A DNA stretch of 64,000 bases from an uncultured Gemmatimonadales bacterium. GTDB taxonomy: Bacteria > Gemmatimonadota > Gemmatimonadetes > Gemmatimonadales > GWC2-71-9. Of the stretch, positions 49,156 through 59,053 are shown piece after piece. The stretch is taken from positions 1,120,001 to 1,184,000 of the forward strand of contig CAVZZO010000003.1 in assembly GCA_963779755.1 (NCBI GenBank), in the 5' to 3' direction. Below the pieces are notes generated by a model. It was not told the DNA's origin, made no database searches, and saw nothing but the letters and a program-made list of their open reading frames with translations. Each line of letters starts with the position of its first letter. Within the stretch, counting starts at the first letter, position 1. The translations under genes and the position numbers were made by a program.

Positions 49156-49856
49156 TGCAGGGTGGCGGCGCGCCGGGCCTGGCACCCGCTCCGGCAGCAG
49201 CCGGAGGCTGGTGGTGGCGGGGGCTGTTGCTCCTGGCGCTGGGGCTTGCCCTGCCCGGGCCATACCTGGCCGCGCAGGAGGGAGTCCGGCTGGACGTGGC
49301 CCTGGCCGACAGCTCCGGCCGGGGCAGCCACGAGGCGGTGGTGCGCGAGCGCGGCCTCCTCGACGACCAGCGCTGGACCGACCTGCTGCGCTCCGGCTTT
49401 CCGCTGCGCCTGCACTACCGGCTGGAGTTGTGGCGGGCCCGGAGCGGGTGGTTCGACGACCTGCAGCGGACGGTGGAGTGGGACGTGGTGGTGCGGCACG
49501 AACCGCTGCTGGACCAGTACGCCGTCAGCATCATCACGCCCGGCGGCTCGCGCGAACACCGCTATCCCAGCCTGGAGCGGCTGAGCAATGCCCTGGGCGT
49601 GGTCTACCGCATCGCGATCGGCCCCGCGGCGACCGGCGAGTTCTACTACAAGGCGAGCCTGCGGGTATCCACCCTGTCGGATGCCGACCTGGATGCGCTG
49701 GAGCAGTTTCTCCGGGGCGAAGCGACCGATACCACCGGCCCCACGGACCTGGGGAGCGTGGTGAGCCGCAGCACCGCCCGGCTGCTGCTCAAGCTGGGCG
49801 GCCTGCCGACGGTGACGGTGGAAGGAAGAAGCGGGAAGTTTGCGGTGGGTCGTTAG
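49155..49856 (+). CDS. DUF4390-like periplasmic protein
   Basis: LRSGFPLRLHYRLELWRARSGWFD, VRHEPLLDQY; context next to the NtrY/NtrX-like pair. Confidence 0.55.
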   Translation: MQGGGAPGLAPAPAAAGGWWWRGLLLLALGLALPGPYLAAQEGVRLDVALADSSGRGSHEAVVRERGLLDDQRWTDLLRSGFPLRLHYRLELWRARSGWFDDLQRTVEWDVVVRHEPLLDQYAVSIITPGGSREHRYPSLERLSNALGVVYRIAIGPAATGEFYYKASLRVSTLSDADLDALEQFLRGEATDTTGPTDLGSVVSRSTARLLLKLGGLPTVTVEGRSGKFAVGR

Positions 49857-49942
49857 TCGCTGGTCGCTAGTCGCCAGCTACCGGGGCGCCCTTCGGGCAT
49901 GCGATTTTCCGGTTGTAGCGCCTGGCGACCAGCGTCCAGCGA

Positions 49943-50491
49943 CTATCCGCCCAGCGCCCGCAGCGCGTCCTCGCCGTAGAACAGCCGGATGTACTTCGCC
50001 TGCTTGTCGGTCAGGCGGCGGACCGCCCAGGAGAGGTGCACGAAGTGCGGCTCCACCGGCGAATGCAGCGGCAGCATGCCGCACTCCGCGGGGAGGTGGT
50101 TCCCCTTGCGGGTATTGCAGCTGCTGCAGGCGGTCACCACGTTGCTCCACTCGTTGGTGCCGCCGCGCGAGATCGGCACCAGGTGGTCGCGGGTGAGGCA
50201 CTCGCGCGGCCGCAGCTCGTTCTGTCGCCGATGGCAGAACTGGCAGCGGTAATCGTCGCGGGCGAAGAGGAAGGTATTGGTAACCTGGCGGCGGAAGCGG
50301 CGCGGCACGTGCACGAACCGCACCAGCCGGATGATCGCCGGCCGGGGCAGCGTCAGCCGCTCGCTCCGGACCGGTTCGCCATGCTCCGCCTCGACGATCT
50401 CGGCCTTGCCGTCGATGACCAGCCGCAGGGCGCGCCGGATGGGCACCATGGTCAGCGGCTCGAATGAGGCATTCAGGGCAAGGCAGCGCAC
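49943..50491 (-). CDS. HNH endonuclease (McrA-like)
   Basis: LNASFEPL, RDDYRCQFC, TRDHLVPISRGG...NVVTACSSCNTRKG. Confidence 0.92.
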   Translation of the reverse strand: MRCLALNASFEPLTMVPIRRALRLVIDGKAEIVEAEHGEPVRSERLTLPRPAIIRLVRFVHVPRRFRRQVTNTFLFARDDYRCQFCHRRQNELRPRECLTRDHLVPISRGGTNEWSNVVTACSSCNTRKGNHLPAECGMLPLHSPVEPHFVHLSWAVRRLTDKQAKYIRLFYGEDALRALGG

Positions 50492-50671
50492 GAGTCACCT
50501 CCGGGACCAGGGCGTCCGGGCCGCAAAAGAGGCCCGCACCATCCCGCGGGATGGGACGAGCCAGGAAAACCCTCCCGCCGTCCCACGACGCCCTTCCGCC
50601 ATTGGAGTACTCAGAATGTTACATGCGGGGCGGGAGAGGGGGCAAGAGAGCCGCCGGCCGGTGGTCGCCAG

Positions 50672-51124
50672 TCACAAGGCCTGGCGAGCGGTCCGCTCCA
50701 GCCGCTGCTCCACCCGCGCCCGCTCCGCCTCGCCCCGGGCGACCACCAGGACGGTATCGTGTCCGGCCACCGTGCCGGCGATTTCGGACCAGCCTGCTTC
50801 ATCCAGCGCCGAGGCGAGCGCGGCGGCCCCGCCGGGCACCGTATGCAGCACCAGCAGAGCACCCACGCCCTCCAGGGACCGCAGCAGCACCTGCACCAGG
50901 GGAGCGAGCTCGGTGGCGCGCCCCTCCGCAGGCTCGGTATAGAAGGCGCCGCCATCGGGGTCGGCCTGCTTCACCAGCGCCAGCTCCCGGATGTCACGCG
51001 AGAGAGTGGCCTGCGTCACCTGCATGCCCTCCCGCTCCAGGGCCTCGCGGAGCGCATCCTGGTTGGGAACCCTGCGGGATCGGACCACCCGGAGAATGGC
51101 GGCGTGGCGGAGGAGCTTGGACAT
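50672..51124 (-). CDS. argR: Arginine repressor
   Basis: RHAAIL...NQDAL...VTQATLSRDIREL; HTVPGGA; GTVAGHDT. Confidence 0.92.
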   Translation of the reverse strand: MSKLLRHAAILRVVRSRRVPNQDALREALEREGMQVTQATLSRDIRELALVKQADPDGGAFYTEPAEGRATELAPLVQVLLRSLEGVGALLVLHTVPGGAAALASALDEAGWSEIAGTVAGHDTVLVVARGEAERARVEQRLERTARQAL

Positions 51125-51198
51125 GACGAGAAGGCCAAACGGGAAAGGGGAAAGGGGAAACGGGAAACGGGAAAGGAAACCAGGAATCCCCCGGGACC

Positions 51199-51757
51199 TC
51201 AGGGCAGATCCGACCCTTTCGCCGGGCTCAGGTAGTGCGCGTCCACGTAGGCGGTCCCGCTGTCCGACGCGACCTCGTACCAGCCTCCCTGCAGAGCGCC
51301 CACCAGAACCATCTCGCCGGGACGGAGAATCCGGACCACCGGCGACTGGCCGCTGCGTCCGGTGTGCACGTTGACCCAGGTGCTGGCGTAGCGGCGCTCG
51401 CCGGCCGCCGGCTTCGGCGATCCGGAGCGCGGCAGGCGCGGGGACCGGTACGGCGGGAGCCACGGGACCCGAGACCGGCTCCACGGCGGGCGCGGCGGCG
51501 GCCGGAACAGAGTCGAACGTCGTCATCGCCGGCTGAGGCCGGGAGACACGCGGAGCCCGAAACCCGCCACGTAGCGTGTTCAGCACGACCAGGCCGATGA
51601 CCACGGCGGCAAGCACGACGACGAACGGCAACCGGCGCCGGCTCCCGGGCGCACGGTTGGGAATGTGGCCGCTCTCGAGCGCCCGGCCGCACCCGGGACA
51701 GCGGGTCGCGACCGCCAGTGCTTTCTGGCCGCAGTTGGGACACTCGATGTAGGACAT
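51199..51757 (-). CDS. Zinc-ribbon + TM + SH3b domain protein (frameshift near 51420)
   Basis: CPNCG...CPGCG, one TM, Pro/Ala linker; the +1 frame gives WVNVHTGRS...VVRILRPGEMV...GWYEV...AYVDAHYL*. Confidence 0.75.
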
Positions 51758-51784
51758 GGGCTGCTGCAAGTTGGGGCCGGGAGC

Positions 51785-51846
51785 GGCAGGACGGCAAGGA
51801 GGAAGACGGCAGGACGGCAGGACGGCAAGACGGCAGGACGGCAGGA
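51785..51846. repeat. Octamer tandem repeat (GGACGGCA)n
   Basis: Directly visible, at and after the amidohydrolase 3' end. Confidence 0.85.
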
Positions 51847-51855
51847 AGCCGGAAT

Positions 51856-53077
51856 TCAGTAGACCACCCGTCCGTTCAGGACGGTCCGCTGGACGTCTTG
51901 CGGCCGGGAGGCCAGCAAGGCCTCGAGCACACCGCCGTCCTCGACCTCCGCCGGGAGGCCAATCGCCACCAGGTCGCCCCATTTCCCCGGTTCCAGGCTG
52001 CCGATCTCCTCCGCCAGCCCGAGCGCGCGCGCGGCTTCCAGCGTCACCAGCCCCATTGCACTCTCGACGCTGAGTCCCGCCAGCGCGCGGGCTGCCCTGG
52101 CCTCCGCCAGGAGATCGAGCGGCGCCACGCTGGCCGCCGAATCGGTGCCGACCCCCACCCGCACCCGCGCCTCGAGCAGCTTCGAAAGCGGCGCGTCGCC
52201 GTGGCCGTGGCGGCGGTTGCTCCGGGGACAGTGCGCCACGGCCGAGCCGCTCCGCACCAGCCGCCGGATATCGCCGTCATCCGCCCGGATGCTGTGGATG
52301 CAGAGGGTTCGCTCGCCCAGCACGCCGTGACGGTCCAGCCAGGCCAGCGGCGTGCATGCCGCGCCGGGAAGCGGAATGCCCCGCGCCTCCCAGCGGGCGG
52401 CGAAGGTTCCCGACCCGGCGGCGAGCAGCTCGGCTTCGGCCGCCGACTCGGCGATGTGCACCGCCACCGGCAACCCCTCGGCCTGGGCCCAGCGCGCCAC
52501 CTGACGGTAGAGCGGGCCGCTCACCGTGTAGGGCGCGTGCGGCGAGACGCCGATGCGCACCCGGGGGGCGGCGGCGGCGCGCGCCTCCGCAACCCGGGAG
52601 CGGAGCTCCGCCAGGCTGGCATCCGCATCGGCCGGATGGGGCCCGAAGACTTCCAGGTACGCGATGCCGGAGCCCTGCCGTTGGCTCAGCGCCCGCCAGA
52701 CCGCGCCGGAATCGCCGGTATCCGCCACGGTGGTGACGCCCGCGGCGTAACACTGCTCCAGCCCGCTGCTGAGCGGCCTGGAGAAACTCCTCCGGGCTCC
52801 GCTCCCGCTTGAGCCGCACCAGATGCTGGATCCAGTCGGCGAAGTCGTCGTCCGGCACCCGGTGCTCGAGCCCGGTCAGCTCCAGGTGGGTATGGGTGTT
52901 GACCAGGCCGGGAAGGATCGCGGCACCGGGGAACCGCTGGGTGGCGACGCCGGGGGGGGCGGGGACCTCGGCCTCCGGTCCCACGGCGGCGATACGGCCG
53001 CGCTGGTCCAGCAGCACGGCCCCTCCGGCAATGAGACGCTCGCCGGTCCAGAGCCAGGGAGCGGAATAGCGAGTCAC
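51856..53077 (-). CDS. Metal-dependent amidohydrolase/deaminase (frameshift near 52768)
   Basis: PGLVNTHTHLE, GVTTVAD, SPHAPYTV, HIAES, HCPRSN, GVGTDS. Confidence 0.88.
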
Positions 53078-53165
53078 GATAGAGCTGGAGAAAAGGAAAA
53101 AGGACTGAGAGGAAAGTAGCGGAGTGGTTGCTTTTCTCTCAGTCCTTTTCTCTTTCAACTGTGGT

Positions 53166-55331
53166 TCAGGGTTGCCTTGGCCCCGGGTTGAAGGGCTGGT
53201 TCTGGCCGGCGCCGGGCGCGAACGGGTTGTGGATGGGACAGAACTCGGTGGGCCCGGTGCCCGGAATGAAGGACTCGACATAGCGGTCCTCCCTGGGGCA
53301 GAACGGGGTGTAGCGGTAGCCGGTGGACTTGTCGATGGTATCGAAGGTGAGCCCGTCGGGCCGGGACCATTCCTGCGGCACCGGCCGCCGCTCGTAGATC
53401 TCCTTCATCATGGCCGTCCAGGCCGGCGCGGCCAGCCGCCCGCCCTGGGCATCGGGCATGATCTTCTCCGGCTGGTCCATGCCCATCCAGACGCCGGTGA
53501 CCAGATCGGGCGTGAAGCCGATGAACCACACGTCGAAGTTGTCGTTGGTGGTGCCGGTCTTGCCGCCGGCCGGAATGGTCCAGCCCGAGCCGGTGGTGGC
53601 CGAGTAGGCGGTGCCCCGGCGCACCACGTCGCGCAGCACGTCGGTAATGAGCCAGGCCTGTTCCTGGTCCATGACCCGTTCGGAGTGCTCCTGCGGCTGC
53701 CAGACGATATTGCCGTCCTTGTCTTCCACCCGCAGGATGCCGACAGGCGCCGTGCGGACGCCCTGGGTGGCGAACGGCGTATAGGCCGAGATCAGCTCCA
53801 GCGGCTGCAGCGCGGCGGACCCGATGTAGATCGACGGGAAGGGCGGAATCCTGGTGGTGATGCCGAAGCGGGTGGCTTCGCTGATCACCGCCTCCGGCCC
53901 CAGCTCCATCCCCAGCCGCACCGCCACCGTGTTGCGGGATCGGTAGAGCGCCTCGCGCAGCGTCATGGGGCCGTCGAACTTGCTGTCGTAGTTCTGCGGC
54001 TCCCAGGGCGCCTCGGTCGTGTCCGCCGCGGGGACGCTGAGGGGCTCGTCCACGATAATCTTCGACAGCGGGTAGCCGGCGCGGATGGCGGCGGAATAGA
54101 CGAACGGCTTGAAGGTGGAGCCGGCCTGCCGCCGGGCCTGGATCGCGCGGTTGAACTTGTTGTCGTTGAAGTCGCGCCCGCCCACCATGGCGAGGATGTG
54201 GCCGGTCTTCGCCTCGAGCGTGACCGCCACTCCCTGCAGGTAGGGCGAATTCACCGGCCCCTCCTCGCGCCCCGATTCTTCCTTCTTCTGCAGATACTCG
54301 GCGTAGGTGATCCGGTGATACGGCCCGTACTGGCCGTGCTCGATCTTGTCCAGCTGTTCCGCCAGAGCGCGCTCGTCGGCCTGCTGCACGTCCAGGTCCA
54401 GCGTGGTGTAGATGCGGTAGCCTTCGCGGTAGATCTCCGGCCCGAACCGCCCTACCAGCTGCTGGCGCACGAATTCAACGAAATAGGGCGCGATGTCGCT
54501 GTAGTCGCTGCGGGAGGACAGCACCAGGGGATAGGCCTTCCAGCGCTCCGCCTCCTGGGGCGTGAGGTATCCGCTGTCGCGCAGCAGGTTCAGCACCACG
54601 TTCCGTCGCATGACCGCCCGGCGCGGATAGCGCCGGGGATTGTACAAGGTCGGCGCCTTGGGCAGCGCCGCCAGCATGGCGGCCTCGGCCACGTTCACGT
54701 CGCGCACCGACTTGCCGAAATACCGCTGCGACGCGGCCTCCACCCCGAAGGCGCCGTTCCCCAGCTCGATCTGGTTGAGGTAGAGCTCGAGGATGCGGTC
54801 CTTGGAGTAGTTCTTCTCGATTTCGAACGCCACCTGCGCCTCGCGCAGCTTGCGGCTGATGGTGCGGTCGCGGCCGTTGATCTGGTCCTGGAACAGATTC
54901 CGGGCCAGCTGCATGGTGATGGTGCTGAAGCCCTGGGCGATCCGCAGGCTCAGCAGATTGGCCTTGACCGCTCCCAGCACCCGCCAGTAGTCCACCCCGT
55001 GGTGCCGGTAGAAGCGCTTGTCTTCGGTCACCACGAAAGCGGCCTTCACGGCCGGGGCCATCTGGGCCAGCGGCACGACCGTCCGGCGCTGATAGCCCAG
55101 CTCGGTAATAAGCCGGCCATCGGCGGCATAGACCTTGGACGCCTGCTGGGGATCGAACTCGCCCTGCTGCAAGCCGGCAATGGAGGGACACGCCTCGCCC
55201 GCGCAGACGCGGGTCCACGCGCCGAGGCCGAGCGACAGCCCGAACACGCCAAGCGCGAGCACGGCGATGAGCAGGGGATTGCGGATGCGGGGATTGTACC
55301 ACCAGGACAGCCGCGGAAACCGACGGGACAT
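53166..55331 (-). CDS. Class A penicillin-binding protein (PBP1A)
   Basis: EDKRFYRHHGVD, GFSTITMQLARN, RKLRE, GSTFKP (SxxK), SRN, KTGT; likely start 55331. Confidence 0.95.
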   Translation of the reverse strand: MSRRFPRLSWWYNPRIRNPLLIAVLALGVFGLSLGLGAWTRVCAGEACPSIAGLQQGEFDPQQASKVYAADGRLITELGYQRRTVVPLAQMAPAVKAAFVVTEDKRFYRHHGVDYWRVLGAVKANLLSLRIAQGFSTITMQLARNLFQDQINGRDRTISRKLREAQVAFEIEKNYSKDRILELYLNQIELGNGAFGVEAASQRYFGKSVRDVNVAEAAMLAALPKAPTLYNPRRYPRRAVMRRNVVLNLLRDSGYLTPQEAERWKAYPLVLSSRSDYSDIAPYFVEFVRQQLVGRFGPEIYREGYRIYTTLDLDVQQADERALAEQLDKIEHGQYGPYHRITYAEYLQKKEESGREEGPVNSPYLQGVAVTLEAKTGHILAMVGGRDFNDNKFNRAIQARRQAGSTFKPFVYSAAIRAGYPLSKIIVDEPLSVPAADTTEAPWEPQNYDSKFDGPMTLREALYRSRNTVAVRLGMELGPEAVISEATRFGITTRIPPFPSIYIGSAALQPLELISAYTPFATQGVRTAPVGILRVEDKDGNIVWQPQEHSERVMDQEQAWLITDVLRDVVRRGTAYSATTGSGWTIPAGGKTGTTNDNFDVWFIGFTPDLVTGVWMGMDQPEKIMPDAQGGRLAAPAWTAMMKEIYERRPVPQEWSRPDGLTFDTIDKSTGYRYTPFCPREDRYVESFIPGTGPTEFCPIHNPFAPGAGQNQPFNPGPRQP

Positions 55332-55384
55332 GTGAGGGAAAATAGAGGGTGGGACGGAAAGGCGGTAGGAGAGGAAAGAGGAAA

Positions 55385-56062
55385 GGACTGAGGACTGAGG
55401 ACTGGGGGCTGAGGGCTGAGTCCACCCGCAGCCGATGGCTCCCGGAGCGGGCGTAGGTGCCCCTGCACAGCGGGGAGCCAATCCCCTGTTAGCACCTCCA
55501 GGCCGCGGAGGGAGCCACGGCGAGGGTGGACGGTGGGCTACTGCAGGATGGGGAGGGACTGAGGGCTGAGGGCTGAGGGCTGAGGGCTGAGTCCACCCGA
55601 AGCCGATGGCTCCCGGAGCGGGCGTAGGTGCCCGTGCGCAGCAGGGAGCTAATCGCCTGTTAGCACCTCCAGGCCGCGGAGGGAGCCACGGCGAGGGTGG
55701 ACGATGGGCTACTGCAAGATGGGGAGGGTCTGAGGACTGAGGGCTGAGGACTGAGGGCTGAGTCCACCCGAAGCCGATGGCTCCCGGAGCGGGCGTAGGT
55801 GCCCGTGCGCAGCGGGGAGCTAATCGCCCTGTTAGCACCTCCAGGCCGCGGAGGGAGCCACGGCGAGGGTAGACGATGGGCTACTGCAAGATGGGGAGGG
55901 TCCGAGGACTGAGGGCTGAGGACTGAGGGCTGAGTCCACCCGAAGCCGATGGCTCCCGGAGCGGGCGTAGGTGCCCGTGCGCAGCGGGGAGCCAATCCCC
56001 TGTTAGCACCTCCAGGCCGCGGAGGGAGCCACGGCGAGGGTGGACGATGGACTGAGGACTGA
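55385..56062. repeat. Tandem array of four 112-113-nt structured elements (period 171-172 bp) with heptamer-containing linkers
   Basis: Cores at 55420-55531, 55591-55702, 55762-55874, 55934-56045. Confidence 0.95.
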
Positions 56063-56107
56063 GGGGGGCGGCGGGGTGGTATCGGTGCTGCCGGAGCCGG
56101 CACACAC

Positions 56108-58852
56108 TCAGTTCTCAGTCCTTTTCGCTTTCTCTCTCTTCTCTCCCCTCCATCCCACGACCACCTCCACCTCCCGCAGCGCCGACAGGGGCGATTCGAC
56201 GATCATGAGAAACCGCTGCCCGTCGGGGGTGACGTCGTAGCTGCGGGGGAACCAGACCGGGGGATAGGAGCCGGCAAAGAGGAAGGTCGGGTGCCCGGCC
56301 GTGCCGGTCGCCGGGTCCACCTCCAGCGCCATGAGGGAATCCCCGTTGCGATAGACCACCTCCCTGCCCTCCCGGGTCCAGAGCGGTTCCGCGCCACCGC
56401 CCGCTGAAAGCTGGACCCGCATTCGTCCGGGATCAGGAAAGGACTGGAGATACACCTCAAACCGGCCCGATTCGTCCGAATCGTAGACCAGCCACTTGCC
56501 GTTGGGCGAGAAATCGGGATGCCCCAGGTGCGGCCTCCCGGTCAGGTAGGTGCGAACGTCCGGGGGGCCGGCCAGCGAGGCGATGTCGATCTCCTGGGAG
56601 CTGGAATGATTGACGATGAACGCCAGCCGCTGGCCGTCGGGCGAAACCGACTGGACGAATTTGTCGTCCCGGCTGGTGACCACCGGCTGAGCAGGTGCAT
56701 CGCCCTCGGCGGCGTGGACGTAAATGTCGAAGGCCGGCTGTTCGGAGTTATAGAACAGGCCCTGGCCGTCGGCGGTCCACAACGGGCCGAACCCGGAATT
56801 CTGCTCGAATGTGGCACGGGTAAGGATGTCCCGTCCCGCATGGTAGACCCAGATGTCCCGCCGGGCGGGGCCCGACGCGACGCTGAAGGCAATCCTCCGG
56901 CCGTCGGCGGCGATGGCCGGGTTGGTGTAGAAGCCGGGCTGGAGCGGCACGGGCGCGGCCACCCCGGAGCGGGTGACCCAGAGCGGCCGGGTGTAGCTGT
57001 TGGCGGGATCGGCCGGGACGTAGGCCATCGCGCTGCCGGTCACGCTGTAGGCCGTCATCCCCGAACTGAGGTTCCCGCCCACATTCTGCACCACCGGGAG
57101 CGCGGGACCGGTGGCCCGGAGGTGGCGGACATCGAACGGCAGCGAAAACAGGGTCCCGTCCCTGGCATACATCAGCCGGCCTGACGCATAGCGGCCCATG
57201 ACGCCGGCCGGCACCAGAACCTGGCGCCGCCCGGTGGCGAGGTCCAGCACCTCGATCCGGGACTTGACCGCCGGGGTGACATAGTCGGTGAAGAGAACAT
57301 GTCGCCCATCGGGCAGGAGCTGGGGCCACCAATGCCCCAGTTCGCCGCTGGCGGTATCGGGCGCGGTCAGCATCTCGGCCTTCCCGCCTTCGGCGGACAC
57401 CCGCCAGAGGCCGCCCTGATAGGACGGCGTATAGATGATCCTGCCGTCCTCCCCCCAGGTGCCCCCGCCCCATTCGGCGTCGGCCAGCGTGGTGGGCGTG
57501 CCCCCGGTGACCGGCACTTTCACCAGCTTTCCGTTGGCGGAGAAGGCAATCCAGTCCCCGTCGGGCGAGAAGCACGGGCCGAGGGCACCGTCCGTGCCGG
57601 GAATCGCCGTCACCTCGAGCCGTCCCAGCTCACGCAGGAACAACTGCCGCCGCCCGGCATGGGTCACTTCCATCAGGAGCCGCGAGCCGTCGGGCGAGAG
57701 CAGCACGGTCGGCTCGCCGTCGAACAGCCGGTCCCCGGGCGGCAGCGTCACGGTGAACCGCACCGGCCCACCGGCGGCCCCCTGGTCTCCCCTCCGGAGG
57801 AGTACGAGCGCAAGCGCGAAGAGTGCGCCGGCAGCGACGAGGGCGAGCACGGCGATCGCGACCCGGCTCCGGATACCTGATCGCCGGGCGAGCTCGGCTG
57901 TCCGGGCCCGGCTGCCCCGGCCGCTGGTTTCCTCCCGGGCCGCCGGTGCGGGGCCCGCGAGCGCGGCGGCGAACTCGGCCGCGCTGGCAAAGCGGTCGGC
58001 CGGCAGCTTCTCCAGAGCCTTGCCCACCGCGGCTTCGACCTGCAGCGGGATGGTACGACGCTCCAGGGACAGGGGCCGCGGATCCTCCGTCATCACCCGC
58101 GCGGCGATGGCCTGAGCGGTGGGCCCGGTGAACGGCGGCTCGCCCGCCAGCATTTCGTAGAGCACGCAGCCCAGGGCATAGATGTCGGCCTTGGGGGTCA
58201 GGTCCCGCACGCCCATGGCCTGTTCCGGCGCCATGTAGGCCGGCGTGCCCAGGCTCAGCCCCGTCTCGGTGATCCGCGCGGCACCCTCCGAGCGGCTCGC
58301 CGCCAGCGCGATCCCGAAATCCGCCACCAGGGCATGGCCGCCGTAGAGCAGGATGTTCTCCGGCTTGATGTCGCGGTGGATCACCCCCTGGCCGTGGGCG
58401 TACTGCAGCGCGTCCGCCACCTCGGTGGCGATGCGGATCGCGTCCTCCACCGGCAGCTGCTGCTCCCGGGTGAGCCGGTCGCGCAGCGATTCGCCCTCGA
58501 CGAAAGGCATGACGTAATAGAGGAGGGCGGTCGGGCGGTCGGGCGGAAAGGCGGTCGGTGCCTCCGCACCCCGATGGACCTCCGCGTCTACCGGGACATC
58601 GATGCGCCCGCTGTCCAGCAGCGGCAGAATGTGGGGATGGTGCAGGTTGGCGGTGAGACGGATTTCCTTGAGAAACCGCTCGGAGCCCAGAATGGCCGCA
58701 AGGTCGGGCCGTAACACCTTGAGCGCCACCGGCCGCTCGTGCTTCAGGTCCTGCGCCAGGTAGACGGTCGCCATCCCCCCCGCGCCGAGTTCGCGCGTGA
58801 TGCCGTAACGGCCGGCCAGACCGGACTGGAGTTGTTCGGTGGAGATAAACAT
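56108..58852 (-). CDS. Hanks-type Ser/Thr protein kinase with TM and a TolB-like (PD40) beta-propeller
   Basis: LGAGGMATVY, VALK, HRDIKPEN, DFGIA, GTPAYMAPEQ; multiple (F/L)SPDG repeats. Confidence 0.95.
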   Translation of the reverse strand: MFISTEQLQSGLAGRYGITRELGAGGMATVYLAQDLKHERPVALKVLRPDLAAILGSERFLKEIRLTANLHHPHILPLLDSGRIDVPVDAEVHRGAEAPTAFPPDRPTALLYYVMPFVEGESLRDRLTREQQLPVEDAIRIATEVADALQYAHGQGVIHRDIKPENILLYGGHALVADFGIALAASRSEGAARITETGLSLGTPAYMAPEQAMGVRDLTPKADIYALGCVLYEMLAGEPPFTGPTAQAIAARVMTEDPRPLSLERRTIPLQVEAAVGKALEKLPADRFASAAEFAAALAGPAPAAREETSGRGSRARTAELARRSGIRSRVAIAVLALVAAGALFALALVLLRRGDQGAAGGPVRFTVTLPPGDRLFDGEPTVLLSPDGSRLLMEVTHAGRRQLFLRELGRLEVTAIPGTDGALGPCFSPDGDWIAFSANGKLVKVPVTGGTPTTLADAEWGGGTWGEDGRIIYTPSYQGGLWRVSAEGGKAEMLTAPDTASGELGHWWPQLLPDGRHVLFTDYVTPAVKSRIEVLDLATGRRQVLVPAGVMGRYASGRLMYARDGTLFSLPFDVRHLRATGPALPVVQNVGGNLSSGMTAYSVTGSAMAYVPADPANSYTRPLWVTRSGVAAPVPLQPGFYTNPAIAADGRRIAFSVASGPARRDIWVYHAGRDILTRATFEQNSGFGPLWTADGQGLFYNSEQPAFDIYVHAAEGDAPAQPVVTSRDDKFVQSVSPDGQRLAFIVNHSSSQEIDIASLAGPPDVRTYLTGRPHLGHPDFSPNGKWLVYDSDESGRFEVYLQSFPDPGRMRVQLSAGGGAEPLWTREGREVVYRNGDSLMALEVDPATGTAGHPTFLFAGSYPPVWFPRSYDVTPDGQRFLMIVESPLSALREVEVVVGWRGEKREKAKRTEN

Positions 58853-58924
58853 GGATTACTACAAGATAGGGGATAGCACTGGGGACCGGCGACTGGGGAC
58901 TGGGACTGGGGACGCCACGCTGCG

Positions 58925-59005
58925 TGTCACCCTGAGGGAGCGCAGCGACCGAAGGGGCCGAAAACCGAGGAGGGCTTCGGCCCCTTCGCTTCGCTCAGGG
59001 TGACA
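58925..59005. repeat. REP-like palindromic element
   Basis: Near-identical to 44562-44642. Confidence 0.85.
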
Positions 59006-59053
59006 ATCGCATCCCCTCAGTCCTCAGTCCGAGGACTGAGGGCTGAAAACTGA

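Noticed and set aside
49943..50491. HNH as an IscB/Cas9-like RNA-guided nuclease
   Set aside because: Only 182 aa with no RuvC or PLMP motifs; fits the stand-alone McrA-like HNH family
50672..51982. 436-aa zinc-ribbon/ArgR fusion ORF
   Set aside because: Artefact of a frameshift in the SH3 gene reading through an intergenic repeat into argR
55420..55531. Integron attC, SRP RNA, 6S RNA or hammerhead identity for the element
   Set aside because: No terminal RYYYAAC/GTTRRRY boxes, no SRP GGAA domain-IV motif, no large central bubble, no CUGANGA/GAAA core
55385..56062. CRISPR array interpretation of the 171-bp repeats
   Set aside because: Units are far too long, the linkers are conserved rather than unique spacers, and there are no cas genes in the window
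55331..56105. N-terminal repeat extension of PBP1A (890-aa ORF) and other ORFs across the array
   Set aside because: The 171-bp period keeps frames open by chance in GC-rich DNA; the paralog and the TM anchor position support a start at 55331
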